From contig CBDICG010000002.1 of the NCBI GenBank assembly GCA_965277275.1, forward strand, positions 2,322,850 to 2,386,849: a DNA stretch of 64,000 bases, in the 5' to 3' direction. The position numbers were made by a program, and so were the translations under genes. The notes beneath the pieces were generated by a model. It worked only from the letters and a program-made list of their open reading frames with translations, was not told the DNA's origin and did no database searches. Numbering within the stretch: position 1 is the first letter of the stretch; every line of letters starts with the position of its first letter. This stretch comes from Paracoccaceae bacterium. GTDB taxonomy: Bacteria > Pseudomonadota > Alphaproteobacteria > Rhodobacterales > Rhodobacteraceae. Positions 1-9,510 of the stretch are shown here, piece after piece.

Positions 1-624
1 TGAATCGTCGATCTGGTCGATGGCGTCGCGCCACTTCGTTTCGATCTCGCGCAGCGACGGCGTCGATGGCAGCGAGCGCTGGTAGAAGTTGGTGGCGAGA
101 TCCAGCATCGTGTTCGCGATCCCGAGCGCGGCTGCGAGCTGCGGCTGGCTGGCTGTCAGCGCGGCCTGCGCAAGGCTCACGATCTCGTTCTTTGGAAAGC
201 CGGGGCCGGGGTCGTTCGGGTCCAGCATCGTGTTGACCATGCGCCCGAGGGACTCGCGCACATCGGTCCGCCAGCCGCTGATCTGCGTCTTGAAGTCGTT
301 CCTGTCGTCGGTGAAGAGCTTGCGGTGGCCGTCGCCGTCGACAACCGTGGGGTCCTCGAAATCGATCTCCTCGATCGGGGTGCCATCGGCTTCCGCCTCT
401 GCCCGGATCAACTGATCCAGCAGGCCGTCCATCCGGTTCTGCGCGGTGTCACGGCGATCCCGGACGGCGGCGACGGCGGCCGAGTCCTGTTCGTCGAACG
501 TCCCGTCGCCGTTCACGTCGCGGCCGGAGCGCAGCAGCCCTTCCTTTCGCTCCAGTTCGGATTGCAGATCGGTCAGGCGGCCGCTGGCCGTTTCCATCCG
601 CTCGCGAATTTGTGCGGGGGTCAT
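1..624 (-). CDS. Hypothetical protein, 3'-truncated by the window edge (208 codons visible), with one EF-hand-like loop
   Basis: Not in the ORF track. ATG at 624-622 overlaps the upstream TGA (ATGA). Frame stays open to base 1: MTPAQIRERMETASGRLTDLQSELERKEGLLRSGRDVNGDGTFDEQD...; GC-rich third positions. Confidence 0.75.
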   Translation of the reverse strand, partial: MTPAQIRERMETASGRLTDLQSELERKEGLLRSGRDVNGDGTFDEQDSAAVAAVRDRRDTAQNRMDGLLDQLIRAEAEADGTPIEEIDFEDPTVVDGDGHRKLFTDDRNDFKTQISGWRTDVRESLGRMVNTMLDPNDPGPGFPKNEIVSLAQAALTASQPQLAAALGIANTMLDLATNFYQRSLPSTPSLREIETKWRDAIDQIDDS

Positions 625-1538
625 TGGGTGACCTCCTGCTTGCTCATCTCGGCCTCCAGAGCGTCAAGCTCGGCCTCGATGTCGCCGACCATGGTGGCGA
701 TCTGGGAGACACTGTCCCGCGCGCGGGTGCGCTGGCTCTCGGTGACCGTTTCCTGCGCGACCGACAGATCGTCCATCAGCCGCTCGGCACCGGTGAAGTC
801 GTTGGATTTCATCAGCTCGCCGAATTGGGCGATCTGCTGCTGGATGGCCTCGCGGGCGGGGGCTTCGACCTTTGCGATGGATTTCAGAAGATCCTTGCGC
901 ACCTGCCCGAACTCGGTGGTGAGGTCGCGCTTGGCGGGCTCCTTGCCGATCCTGACCGGGCCGTCCGACTGGGGATCGACGGGGCCTTCGGGCGCATCGC
1001 CATCGGGGCCTTCGGTCACCTGCGTGTTCATCTCGGGCGAAGGGCGCGTCTGGATCTCTTCTTCCTCGCCCTCCATCACGTCGGAGCCGGGAACGGAGAC
1101 ACCCTCCTCTTCCGTGGCGTCCGTCATGCGCTTGCGGTCGGCGCCGGCGGCCTGCGTCTCTTCTTCTTCGTCGTCGTCTTCGTCACCCACGCTGCCCGAC
1201 GGTGTGTTCATGATGACCTTGTAGGGCTGGCCGCGTTCGGTGAGCCACTTCTTGGCCAGCTTGGGAAGGTGCGACGGTGCGCTGTCGTCGACGCAGGTCA
1301 ACTCGATCACCTTGCCGGAGACACTCATCGTGCCCATCGCGCCCTTGGAGCCGCCGCCGACCTTCTTAGCGTTGCGCCACAGGACCTCGCAGTTTTTCTT
1401 CAGGTCGGTTTCGAGGACGAGCCCCTCCTTGCCCATGAGCAAGGCGAAGTTCACCGGCCTCTTCCGGGCGACAGCGATCTGCGTGCCGAGTGCTGTACCT
1501 TCTTCTTTCAGTTCAGCGGCTGATTTTTTCTTCGCCAT
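621..1538 (-). CDS. Hypothetical protein (305 aa): basic N-terminal domain, acidic linker, helical C-terminus
   Basis: GGAGG RBS before ATG, strong codon bias, ATGA coupling to the next gene. Confidence 0.85.
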   Translation of the reverse strand: MAKKKSAAELKEEGTALGTQIAVARKRPVNFALLMGKEGLVLETDLKKNCEVLWRNAKKVGGGSKGAMGTMSVSGKVIELTCVDDSAPSHLPKLAKKWLTERGQPYKVIMNTPSGSVGDEDDDEEEETQAAGADRKRMTDATEEEGVSVPGSDVMEGEEEEIQTRPSPEMNTQVTEGPDGDAPEGPVDPQSDGPVRIGKEPAKRDLTTEFGQVRKDLLKSIAKVEAPAREAIQQQIAQFGELMKSNDFTGAERLMDDLSVAQETVTESQRTRARDSVSQIATMVGDIEAELDALEAEMSKQEVTQ

Positions 1539-1914
1539 GGCGGTGGCCCCTCCTTCAGATGCAATCCGGTTTTCTCAAAATATGCAGGGGGAATATCCAT
1601 CCAATCAACCAAAGTTTACTCTCCGTAAGCCTTTTGCGAGCGAACCACCTTACGTGCTGTATCGATAGGGAAACTTGTGGTTCGGGCTGGAGGCCCCTGT
1701 CACGCGCCATAAAGGCCGCATGACCGCCCATGTTCCCGACCACCCAACGGGCGCGCTGGCCGCGAGGGCGATCAGGGCCCGCACGGCGCGTGTCTGTGCC
1801 CCTTTGGTCAGCGACCGCGCGCATGGTTGCCGCCCCAGACCGCCCCACGGCTCAGGTCACCCGATGGAAGGGGCAAGTGCGGCGCGGATCGGTTGGCCGG
1901 GTCGCCGAGCGGCG

Positions 1915-3525
1915 TCAGGCCATCCCGCCATAGGCGACGCCGGAGAGGCTTGCCATGTCCTTCTTCCAGGTCGTCAGATCGTCCTGGTTGAACTGCGACA
2001 GGTGATCGTGGCCGCATGCCCGTGCCATCACCTGCATCAGCTCGACGGACGCGTCGAAGAAGTTGGCGAGCTGGCGCGCGGACTTCTCGACCACGAGCCG
2101 GCTCACGAGCTCCGGCCTTTGGGTGGCAATGCCAACGGGGCAATTGTTGGTGTGACAGGCGCGCATGGCGATGCAGCCGATGGCCTGCATGGCGGCGTTG
2201 GAAACGGCGATGGCATCGGCCCCCAGCGCCATCGCCTTGATGAAGTCGGCGGGTTTGCGCAGCCCGCCGGTGATCACGAGGGTCACATCGTGCCGCCCGG
2301 AGACATCGAGGTGCCGGCGCGCCCGGGCAAGCGCCGGTATCGTGGGCACGCTGATATTGTCGCGAAAGAGGATCGGCGCCGCGCCCGTTCCGCCACCCCG
2401 GCCATCGAGGATGACGTAGTCGACGCCGACCTCAAGTGCCGCGTCGATGTCCTTCTCGATGTGCTGGGCCGAAAGCTTGTAGCCGATCGGGATGCCGCCC
2501 GTGCGATCCCGAACCTCGTCGGCGAATTCCTTGATCTGCGCAGGGTCCGTCCATTCCGGGAACCGCGGCGGCGAGATCGCGTCTTCGCCCTCCGGGATGC
2601 CGCGCACCTCGGAGATCTTGCCGTAGTTCTTGTGGCCCGGAAGATGCCCGCCCGTGCCTGTCTTGGCACCTTGCCCGCCCTTGAAGTGAAACGCCTGCAC
2701 CCGCGCAAGCTTGTCCCAATCGAAACCGAACCGCGCGGATGCCAGCTCGTAGAAGTAGCGGCTGTTGGCTTCCTGTTCCTCGGGCAGCATCCCGCCCTCT
2801 CCGGAGCAGATCCCGGTTCCCGCGAGCTGTGCACCACGGGCGAGGGCGAGCTTTGCGGGTTCCGACAGGGCACCGAACGACATGTCCGAGACAAAAAGCG
2901 GGATGTCGAGCTTAAGGGGCTTTTGCGCGTTCGGCCCGATCACGATGTCCGTGCCCACGGGGTCGTCGTCGAGCAGCGGTGCCTTGTGCAGCTGTGCCGT
3001 GAGCAGCTGCAGGTCATCCCAGCTCGGCAACTCGTCGCGCGGCACGCCCATCGACGCGACGACGCCATGGTGCCCCGTCTGCGTCAGCCCGTCCCGTGCA
3101 TATTGCTGGATCATGCCGTTCAAGGGCTCTTCCGCGGTGCCGTGGGACGTATCTGCGTAGAGCCCGAGGTACGCGTCGCGGTTAAAGGGTTGCGGATTGT
3201 CCTGCCCCCAGGCCGCGATCTCGTCTTCGTCGACCAGAATCGCATCGTCCTCGATCCAGGAGGAAAACTTGGGAAGCTTCTCGTCGTTGGCATATTCGGA
3301 GACGCCGGTGTCGAGCCGGTAGTCCCAGTCATGCACGCCGCAGATCAGGTTCCGTCCGCGGACAAAGCCATCCGACATCAGCGCGCCACGGTGCAGGCAT
3401 CGCCCGTAGAAGACAGAGACGTCTTCATCGAAGCGCACGACGACAAGATCGACCTCTGCGACCATGGCATATTGCGGATCCCGGTCGGGAAGTTGGCTGT
3501 AATTGGCGACGGCGACCTTTTTCAC
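1915..3525 (-). CDS. Rieske [2Fe-2S] domain + FMN-binding glutamate synthase family protein
   Basis: Rieske motifs RCLH and ICGVHDW; MSFGALS, SGEGG, FKGGQGAKTGTGGHLPG, CIAMRACHTNNCPVG ([3Fe-4S]). Start re-picked at GTG 3525 after GAGGA. Confidence 0.92.
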   Translation of the reverse strand: MKKVAVANYSQLPDRDPQYAMVAEVDLVVVRFDEDVSVFYGRCLHRGALMSDGFVRGRNLICGVHDWDYRLDTGVSEYANDEKLPKFSSWIEDDAILVDEDEIAAWGQDNPQPFNRDAYLGLYADTSHGTAEEPLNGMIQQYARDGLTQTGHHGVVASMGVPRDELPSWDDLQLLTAQLHKAPLLDDDPVGTDIVIGPNAQKPLKLDIPLFVSDMSFGALSEPAKLALARGAQLAGTGICSGEGGMLPEEQEANSRYFYELASARFGFDWDKLARVQAFHFKGGQGAKTGTGGHLPGHKNYGKISEVRGIPEGEDAISPPRFPEWTDPAQIKEFADEVRDRTGGIPIGYKLSAQHIEKDIDAALEVGVDYVILDGRGGGTGAAPILFRDNISVPTIPALARARRHLDVSGRHDVTLVITGGLRKPADFIKAMALGADAIAVSNAAMQAIGCIAMRACHTNNCPVGIATQRPELVSRLVVEKSARQLANFFDASVELMQVMARACGHDHLSQFNQDDLTTWKKDMASLSGVAYGGMA

Positions 3526-4033
3526 GTGCGTATCCTCGCGGTTGCGCGCATGTCGGTGCGCGCGTTTTCCCAATGCTTGACGGATCTACTTCTGCACAAT
3601 CGACGGCGCGTTGCATCCTTCTTGCTCCTGTTGCGACCAAGCGCGCGGGCCGCATGCCGGGGCGGCCTCCACGCGACGGGTGCGCGGATCAAAGGCGCGC
3701 GCCTCAAGTTCCTCCCCGAAGCGATGGCCGCTCTTGATGGCCGTCCCTCAAGGCTCTTGAAGCGGCCCCGCTGTGCTCGATCGGGAATGTCGGCATTTGC
3801 GCGCGAGCGGACCCAGCGATGGGTGACAGCGGATCGCGCGTGTCCCGCACCCCGTTGAACGACCCCCCCTTCCGCCTATCGAAGCCTCGCCCCCGAAGTT
3901 GCGAAATGTTATTCGCCGAACAGGTCAGGATTTCCGTAGGTGCGGATATCCGGTACCGTTAACCACCTGTTCCGGAGTATTGACCCAAAGGCACCACAAC
4001 ACGACTCCGGCGTACACGCAGGCTTGACTCAAC

Positions 4034-4049
4034 TTAACTATCCGTTAAC
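4034..4049 (+). promoter_or_regulatory. CtrA-type binding site TTAA-N7-TTAAC
   Basis: TTAA ctatccg TTAAC in an AT-rich region 97 bp upstream of csgF; perfect match to the alphaproteobacterial CtrA consensus. Confidence 0.7.
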
Positions 4050-4145
4050 GTCTGGGACCGTTGCTGGTGGGGATATCAGGCTGCGAAGCCTGTGTATGCA
4101 GCTGTTAAAAATGTTCTGCGGTGAGTGCGCTTAGGGGAATTTATT

Positions 4146-4568
4146 GTGAACAGATTCGTGCTGACGGGCGCTTTATTGGCGACCGCCATTTCCGGGTCGA
4201 CAGGTGCGGCTCAGGATCTTGTATTCGGCCATACCAACCCGACGTTTGGTGGAAACCCGTTCAATTCCAGTCATTTACTTTCGCTCGCTGACATCCAGAA
4301 TCCGTATACGGAGGAGGAGTCCACCGCGAGCACGGCGGCCAATTCGCAATCGGATCTTTTTGTCCGGCAGCTTCAAAGCCGTTTGTTGTCTTCTCTTTCA
4401 ACCGGCCTCACAGAGGTCATTACCGGTGCGGAGCCGGGCGATACCGACACCATTGTGATCGGCGACCAGCAGATCTTCTACGAGAGATCGCTGGAAACAA
4501 TCCGTGTCCAGATAACCAACCTTCTCGACGGATCTTCCACCGACATTGTTTTGCCTGTTGTGCAATAG
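4146..4568 (+). CDS. csgF: Curli assembly protein CsgF
   Basis: Signal peptide, then QDLVFGHTNPTFGGNPFNSSHLLSLADIQN (CsgF N-terminus) and FVRQLQSRLLS. GTG start after GGGGAA. Confidence 0.92.
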   Translation: MNRFVLTGALLATAISGSTGAAQDLVFGHTNPTFGGNPFNSSHLLSLADIQNPYTEEESTASTAANSQSDLFVRQLQSRLLSSLSTGLTEVITGAEPGDTDTIVIGDQQIFYERSLETIRVQITNLLDGSSTDIVLPVVQ

Positions 4569-4620
4569 GGCATCGCAAGCAAGTAGTGAGGGCAATTTTG
4601 AGCAGAACGAGGTCGGCGAA

Positions 4621-5601
4621 ATGGATTTCAGAGGGGTTCGGAAAGTCTTAGCCATCGGCGCGTTGTCCGTCGCGGCAACGGGCTGTGCGACTGTCGAAGG
4701 GCCGGTGGAAGAGCCCACCTCGCCCTCAACCACGGCGACACGCGCCGCCCTGTACCTGCTGCCGCCCCCGGAGAGCCGGGTCGACGTAGCGATTTATGAG
4801 TTCGAGGATGTGACTGGTCAGTACAAACCCGAAGTGTTCCAGACCCTCTCGCGGGCGGTGTCGCAAGGCGGCGATCAGATCCTGATCGACGCGATGCGCG
4901 ATACCGGTGCGGGGTCGTGGTTCCGGGTGATCGAGCGCGGCAACCTCAACAACCTGTTGCAGGAGCGGCGTGTCATTCAGGAGATGCGGCAGCTCTATCT
5001 CGGCGAGGAACAGATCAACCCCGCCGCCCTGCCGCCCCTCCTCTTCGCGGGAGTGATCGTCGAAGGTGGCGTCGTCGGGTTCGACACGAACACCACGACG
5101 GGCGGTGTCGGCGCGGGATACCTCGGGATCAGCGCGCGCTCCGAATACCGCAAGGACACCATCACGGTGAACCTGCGGACAGTCAGCGTGAAGACCGGCG
5201 AGGTGCTGGCGTCCGTGCGTGCCGAGAAGTCGATCCTGTCCACGAGCGTCAACGCCGCGGTCTTCCGCTACGTCGATCTCGATGAGATCCTGGAGGTCGA
5301 GGCCGGGCTGACGACCAACGAACCCGGCTCCATCGCGCTGACCCGCGCGATCGAGAAAGCGCTCTACAATCTCATCATGGAGATGGCAGAGGGCGATTAC
5401 TGGAATTTCAAGGATAGCGGCGCCGAAGAGGCCCTGCTTACCCGGCACAAGTCGGCCGATGGCGTGCTGACGGCCGATAATATTGACGAATTACCGAGTG
5501 CGCGTGCGCTCGACGCCCCGGCCCTCGCGCCGGTCGCGGCGAGCATCAACGCTGTAAAGGAGGTCTTTACGAGACCGAGAGTTCGCCCCGAAGCGGGGTG
5601 A
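4621..5601 (+). CDS. csgG: Curli secretion channel lipoprotein CsgG
   Basis: Lipobox AATGC; VAIYEFEDVTGQYKP, LSRAVSQGG, WFRVIERGNLNNLLQER, TTNEP. Follows csgF. Confidence 0.95.
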   Translation: MDFRGVRKVLAIGALSVAATGCATVEGPVEEPTSPSTTATRAALYLLPPPESRVDVAIYEFEDVTGQYKPEVFQTLSRAVSQGGDQILIDAMRDTGAGSWFRVIERGNLNNLLQERRVIQEMRQLYLGEEQINPAALPPLLFAGVIVEGGVVGFDTNTTTGGVGAGYLGISARSEYRKDTITVNLRTVSVKTGEVLASVRAEKSILSTSVNAAVFRYVDLDEILEVEAGLTTNEPGSIALTRAIEKALYNLIMEMAEGDYWNFKDSGAEEALLTRHKSADGVLTADNIDELPSARALDAPALAPVAASINAVKEVFTRPRVRPEAG

Positions 5602-5757
5602 AGAATTCGCCCTGAATCGGGGTGAAAAGAGGAGGGGGCGCGGCGTTCACTTGGCTGGACACCTACGGCGCCGCGCCCTGATCAGAAGGCTGCCATTCTG
5701 CAGCTGCCAACCTAGCACCTTGGGATGCCTAAGGTGCATATAGTCGAGGATTACCTC

Positions 5758-7311
5758 ATGACAAAGCACCTACTCGCTTCAACCACCGCAATCGCCCTGT
5801 GTGTTGCAGCACCGGCACTCGCCAACGACAGCTCAATTGGCCAGATCGGCGTCGGGAACCTGGCGACCGTGACGCAGATTGACGGCAACGAGGGTGATTC
5901 AACCATTACTCAGGATGGCGACAACAACGTGGCGACAGTCGTCCAGGCGGAGGATCCACTCGGAAGCGTTTCCTTTTCCGTACCGGCAAACGTTTCCATC
6001 ATCGACCAGCAAGGTGAAAATGCTCTCGCAAGCGTCGACCAGTTCAGCGAGAACCCGGGCGGCGTTGGGAACACTGCCGATATCGGTCAGAACGCAAGCG
6101 GCGAAGTGCCCGTCCCAGGCCTTCTATCTGGTGCAAGCCTGGACGCCAGCATCGCTCAAACGGGCGACGGAAACGACTCGTTCATCCGACAGTCGGGTAA
6201 TCCCGCAGATGATGCAGGCTCGGGCGTCTCTGCAAACAACGATCAGACTGGTCTGAATAACGCCTCGACGATCACACAGCGCATTGCGGCTGACGACATC
6301 GGCCTGCTCTCGGCCACCGACGTTGTCCAGACGGGCAATAACAACAACTCGAACGTTCGCCAACAAGGCGGCAACTCTTTGGTCACAGTGGCTCAGGATG
6401 GCAACGACAACGATTCCGATGTCCAGCAGGGCGGCGGCAGCGGCTCGCGCACTGCGATCGTGGAGCAGACGAGTGACAACAGCACCAGCCTCGTAAGCCA
6501 AGGCGCGGGTTCTGTGTCTGCGTTTGTGACCCAACAGGGCTCCAACCAGAATTCGGAAGTCCGTCAAAGCAACGGCGCGCCAGGTTCGGAGGCGACTGTT
6601 GATCAGAGTGGTGCCGACAATACGTCGGTCGTCGTGCAGGAGCGTTTCGATTCCGGCACCGATGCAAGAGACGCCGTTGCCAACGTGATGCAGAGCGGCA
6701 CCAACAATATGAGTGACGTCCTCCAGCAGAACGTGCGCGCCGATGCGATGGTCACTCAGACGGGTGATGATGGCACCAGCGACATCGACCAGACCGACGG
6801 TGAGGATGTTATGGCTGAACTCATCCAAGGCGGCATGGGCAACAGCAGCACCATCGCTCAATCGGGTGATGGTCAAGACGCCACCGTGACTCAAACTGGA
6901 ACGGACGATGTCAGCAGTGTCACGCAGTCTGGAGACGCCAACTTCGCGATAGTCAACCAGCTCCTCGGCATGAACAACATGAGCACCATCACGCAAGATG
7001 GGACCACCCTTTCAGCGGATGTTACGCAGACCGGCACGAATGGCATGAGCACTATCATGCAGTCCGGCGTCGACAGCTCTGCGATCTTGACCCAGGAAGG
7101 TGACATGAACGTCAACATGATCACACAGAGCGGGAACTTGCAGTCTGCATCTGTGACCCAGGAGACGGACGACAACACGAGCACCATCACCCAAAGCGAT
7201 GGCGGCGGCATTGGCGGCAACATCGCGACCGTAACTCAAGTGGTTACGAACGGGAACACGTCGACGGTGACCCAGTCCGGAACCGGCAACATCGCCACGG
7301 TGATGCAGTAA
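5758..7311 (+). CDS. csgA: Long curlin subunit 1 (CsgA-like, 517 aa)
   Basis: Sec signal (APALA/NDS), then many ~22-aa N-x-[AS]-x-[IV]-x-Q-x-G repeats. ATG after GAGGA. Confidence 0.88.
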   Translation: MTKHLLASTTAIALCVAAPALANDSSIGQIGVGNLATVTQIDGNEGDSTITQDGDNNVATVVQAEDPLGSVSFSVPANVSIIDQQGENALASVDQFSENPGGVGNTADIGQNASGEVPVPGLLSGASLDASIAQTGDGNDSFIRQSGNPADDAGSGVSANNDQTGLNNASTITQRIAADDIGLLSATDVVQTGNNNNSNVRQQGGNSLVTVAQDGNDNDSDVQQGGGSGSRTAIVEQTSDNSTSLVSQGAGSVSAFVTQQGSNQNSEVRQSNGAPGSEATVDQSGADNTSVVVQERFDSGTDARDAVANVMQSGTNNMSDVLQQNVRADAMVTQTGDDGTSDIDQTDGEDVMAELIQGGMGNSSTIAQSGDGQDATVTQTGTDDVSSVTQSGDANFAIVNQLLGMNNMSTITQDGTTLSADVTQTGTNGMSTIMQSGVDSSAILTQEGDMNVNMITQSGNLQSASVTQETDDNTSTITQSDGGGIGGNIATVTQVVTNGNTSTVTQSGTGNIATVMQ

Positions 7312-7324
7312 TCGCGTGACCTGG

Positions 7325-7353
7325 CCCTGCCCGCGATGTGCGGGCGGGGTTTC
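7325..7353 (+). terminator. GC-rich hairpin followed by T-rich tract after curlin 1
   Basis: CCCTGCCCGC-gatgt-GCGGGCGGGG then TTTCT. Confidence 0.5.
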
Positions 7354-7382
7354 TCCTGTGTTTCTTTTGAAAGGATAGGGTC

Positions 7383-8615
7383 ATGACACGTACCCTTACG
7401 ACGACGACGGCGCTCGCGCTCGTCCTTGCGACGTCCGCCTACGCCAACGACAGCACCATCAGCCAGATCGGCGCCACGAACTTTGCGACTGTCGATCAGA
7501 CCGGCGGCAACAACGGCACATCCAACGTCAACCAGACCGGCAGCGATGATTTCGCCTCGGTCACCCAGTCCGACGGTCCGGGTGGCTCGAACAATGCGGA
7601 CATCGATCAGCTTGGTGGTTCCGGAGTTCAAACCGCGACCATCACGCAGTCAAACGGTTCCACGGGCGGTTCGAGCGCGACCGTCGGGACTCCGGGTGGG
7701 CCGACCAACAACGCAACCATCCTGCAGGACTCTGTGCAGGGGGGTAATGAGGCGGTCATCGATCAGGATGGCGACGGGAACTCTGCGTGGGCCCAACAGG
7801 GACCGGGCGCGGCATTCAACGTCTTCCCGCCGTTTGGTGGCGGTCCCACGACGCCGGGCGACATTACCAACAGCTTCTCCATCATCGATCAGAATGGCTC
7901 GTCCAACATGGCGACCACAATGCAGATCGTCGGATCCAATGGTGGTGACAACAATCTCGCCGATATCCTTCAGTCCGGTACAAGCAACGAAGCAGCTATC
8001 AAGCAGGGCACCGGCGCGATCAACTCTGTGTGGTTCATCCCCAATCCGGCTTCCAACGACAACAATAACACTGCCTTCATCACGCAAAGCGGCGTCGGCA
8101 ACTTCTCCGACGTGGAGCAAGGCGGCGAGTCCGGTAGTGCGTCCTCGACCCAGGGCGGAAACGATAACGAGTCGACCATCGTTCAATCCGGGGGCCTTTC
8201 GGGCCTTGGGAACTCCGCAAACGCCGTGCAGTCCGGCGATCGCAATACCAGCACCATTGTCCAGAGCTCGTCCGATGGCGATCTGCCGGGTGTTCCGGCA
8301 GGTACAACGGCCGAGGTGTTCCAGGACGGAAACGACAACAACAGCATGATCACGCAGCGTCCGCTGGGCGGTCACTTTGCTGACGTTTCTCAGGTTGGCG
8401 ATATGCTGACGAGCACCATCACTCAGGACGGTCTGCTCAACACATCGCTGGTCACTCAGGAACTGGCCAACAACACCAGCACGATCGAGCAGAACGGCGG
8501 CGGCATCGTCGATCCGCTGTTCAACCTGGCAGAGGTCAACCAGGTCGCAACCGCGGGCAACACGTCCTTCGTGTCGCAGAGCGGTGCGTTCAACGTCTCG
8601 ACGGTGAACCAGTAA
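7383..8615 (+). CDS. csgA: Long curlin subunit 2 (CsgA-like, 410 aa)
   Basis: Signal peptide (SAYA/NDS); curlin Q/N repeats; termini resemble curlin 1. Confidence 0.88.
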   Translation: MTRTLTTTTALALVLATSAYANDSTISQIGATNFATVDQTGGNNGTSNVNQTGSDDFASVTQSDGPGGSNNADIDQLGGSGVQTATITQSNGSTGGSSATVGTPGGPTNNATILQDSVQGGNEAVIDQDGDGNSAWAQQGPGAAFNVFPPFGGGPTTPGDITNSFSIIDQNGSSNMATTMQIVGSNGGDNNLADILQSGTSNEAAIKQGTGAINSVWFIPNPASNDNNNTAFITQSGVGNFSDVEQGGESGSASSTQGGNDNESTIVQSGGLSGLGNSANAVQSGDRNTSTIVQSSSDGDLPGVPAGTTAEVFQDGNDNNSMITQRPLGGHFADVSQVGDMLTSTITQDGLLNTSLVTQELANNTSTIEQNGGGIVDPLFNLAEVNQVATAGNTSFVSQSGAFNVSTVNQ

Positions 8616-8624
8616 CCAACCCTG

Positions 8625-8650
8625 CGCCTCGCCCGGAAACGGGCGGGGTG
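8625..8650 (+). terminator. GNRA-loop hairpin after curlin 2
   Basis: CGCCCG-gaaa-CGGGCG with extended stem; weak U tract. Confidence 0.4.
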
Positions 8651-8849
8651 TCTTACCCGGGCGTCCGCTTGGCGGGTGTCCTGCCGGGGGAGGGGTGTTG
8701 TCGGAACGGGCCACACCTCTCTTCCAACCGGCGCCACGGATCACCATATCGTTTGTGACGGGCGCCCTGTCTTTGGTATGATTTCCCGGCGGGACACGCG
8801 CCCGCCCGCAGCGCGGCCGATGCACTGCCCCTCGCGATCCAAGAGTGAC

Positions 8850-9506
8850 ATGATGAAACGCACAGTCCTCCTCTCCCTTCTTGCGACGGCGCTTTCCGCC
8901 GGGCCGATGCTCGCCAGCGACAACGTTGCCCAGATCACGCAGGATGTCGCCGCCAACTCCGCCACCATCGACCAGACGGAGGCTGCGGGCGGCGAGGTGA
9001 CTGTCGAGCAGATCGGCGCGGAGAACTCCACCGTCGTGACGGATGTCGGCACCGAGAGCGCCCTGCTCGTCGATCAGCGGGGCGAGGCACAGAGCGCGTT
9101 TGTCCGCCTGAGCGGCGTCAACAACCAGGGCGAGCTGAGCCAGGCCGGTGAACGCAACATCGCCGATCTTGCGATCTCGGGCGAGGTGAACACCTTCTCC
9201 ATCAGCCAGTCGACCACGCCGAACACGCGCCACGTCAACGGCAACGAAGTGGTGCTGGAACAGGCCGGGTTCGGAAACACCGCGCTGCAGACGCAGATCG
9301 GACGCGACAATCAGATGACCCTGCGCCAGAACGGTGTGTCGAACCATGCCGACCTTCTTCAGGATGGTGACAGCAATATCATGACACTGGAGCAGTTCGG
9401 CGATCAGAACTCGGCCAGCTTGCAGCAATTCGGCTTCTCGGCGCCGTCGATCTCGATCACGCAGACCGGCGGGATGTCTGTGCAGATCACCCAGACCGGT
9501 CAGTAA
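8850..9506 (+). CDS. csgB: Curlin subunit 3, shorter (CsgB-like nucleator candidate)
   Basis: Signal peptide MMKRTVLLSLLATALSAGPMLA; curlin repeats richer in R/E/L; last curlin in the operon. Confidence 0.75.
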   Translation: MMKRTVLLSLLATALSAGPMLASDNVAQITQDVAANSATIDQTEAAGGEVTVEQIGAENSTVVTDVGTESALLVDQRGEAQSAFVRLSGVNNQGELSQAGERNIADLAISGEVNTFSISQSTTPNTRHVNGNEVVLEQAGFGNTALQTQIGRDNQMTLRQNGVSNHADLLQDGDSNIMTLEQFGDQNSASLQQFGFSAPSISITQTGGMSVQITQTGQ

Positions 9507-9510
9507 CGGG

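Noticed and set aside
1610-1632. CtrA-like TTTA-N7-TAAG upstream of gene 621..1538
   Set aside because: Too many mismatches to the consensus.
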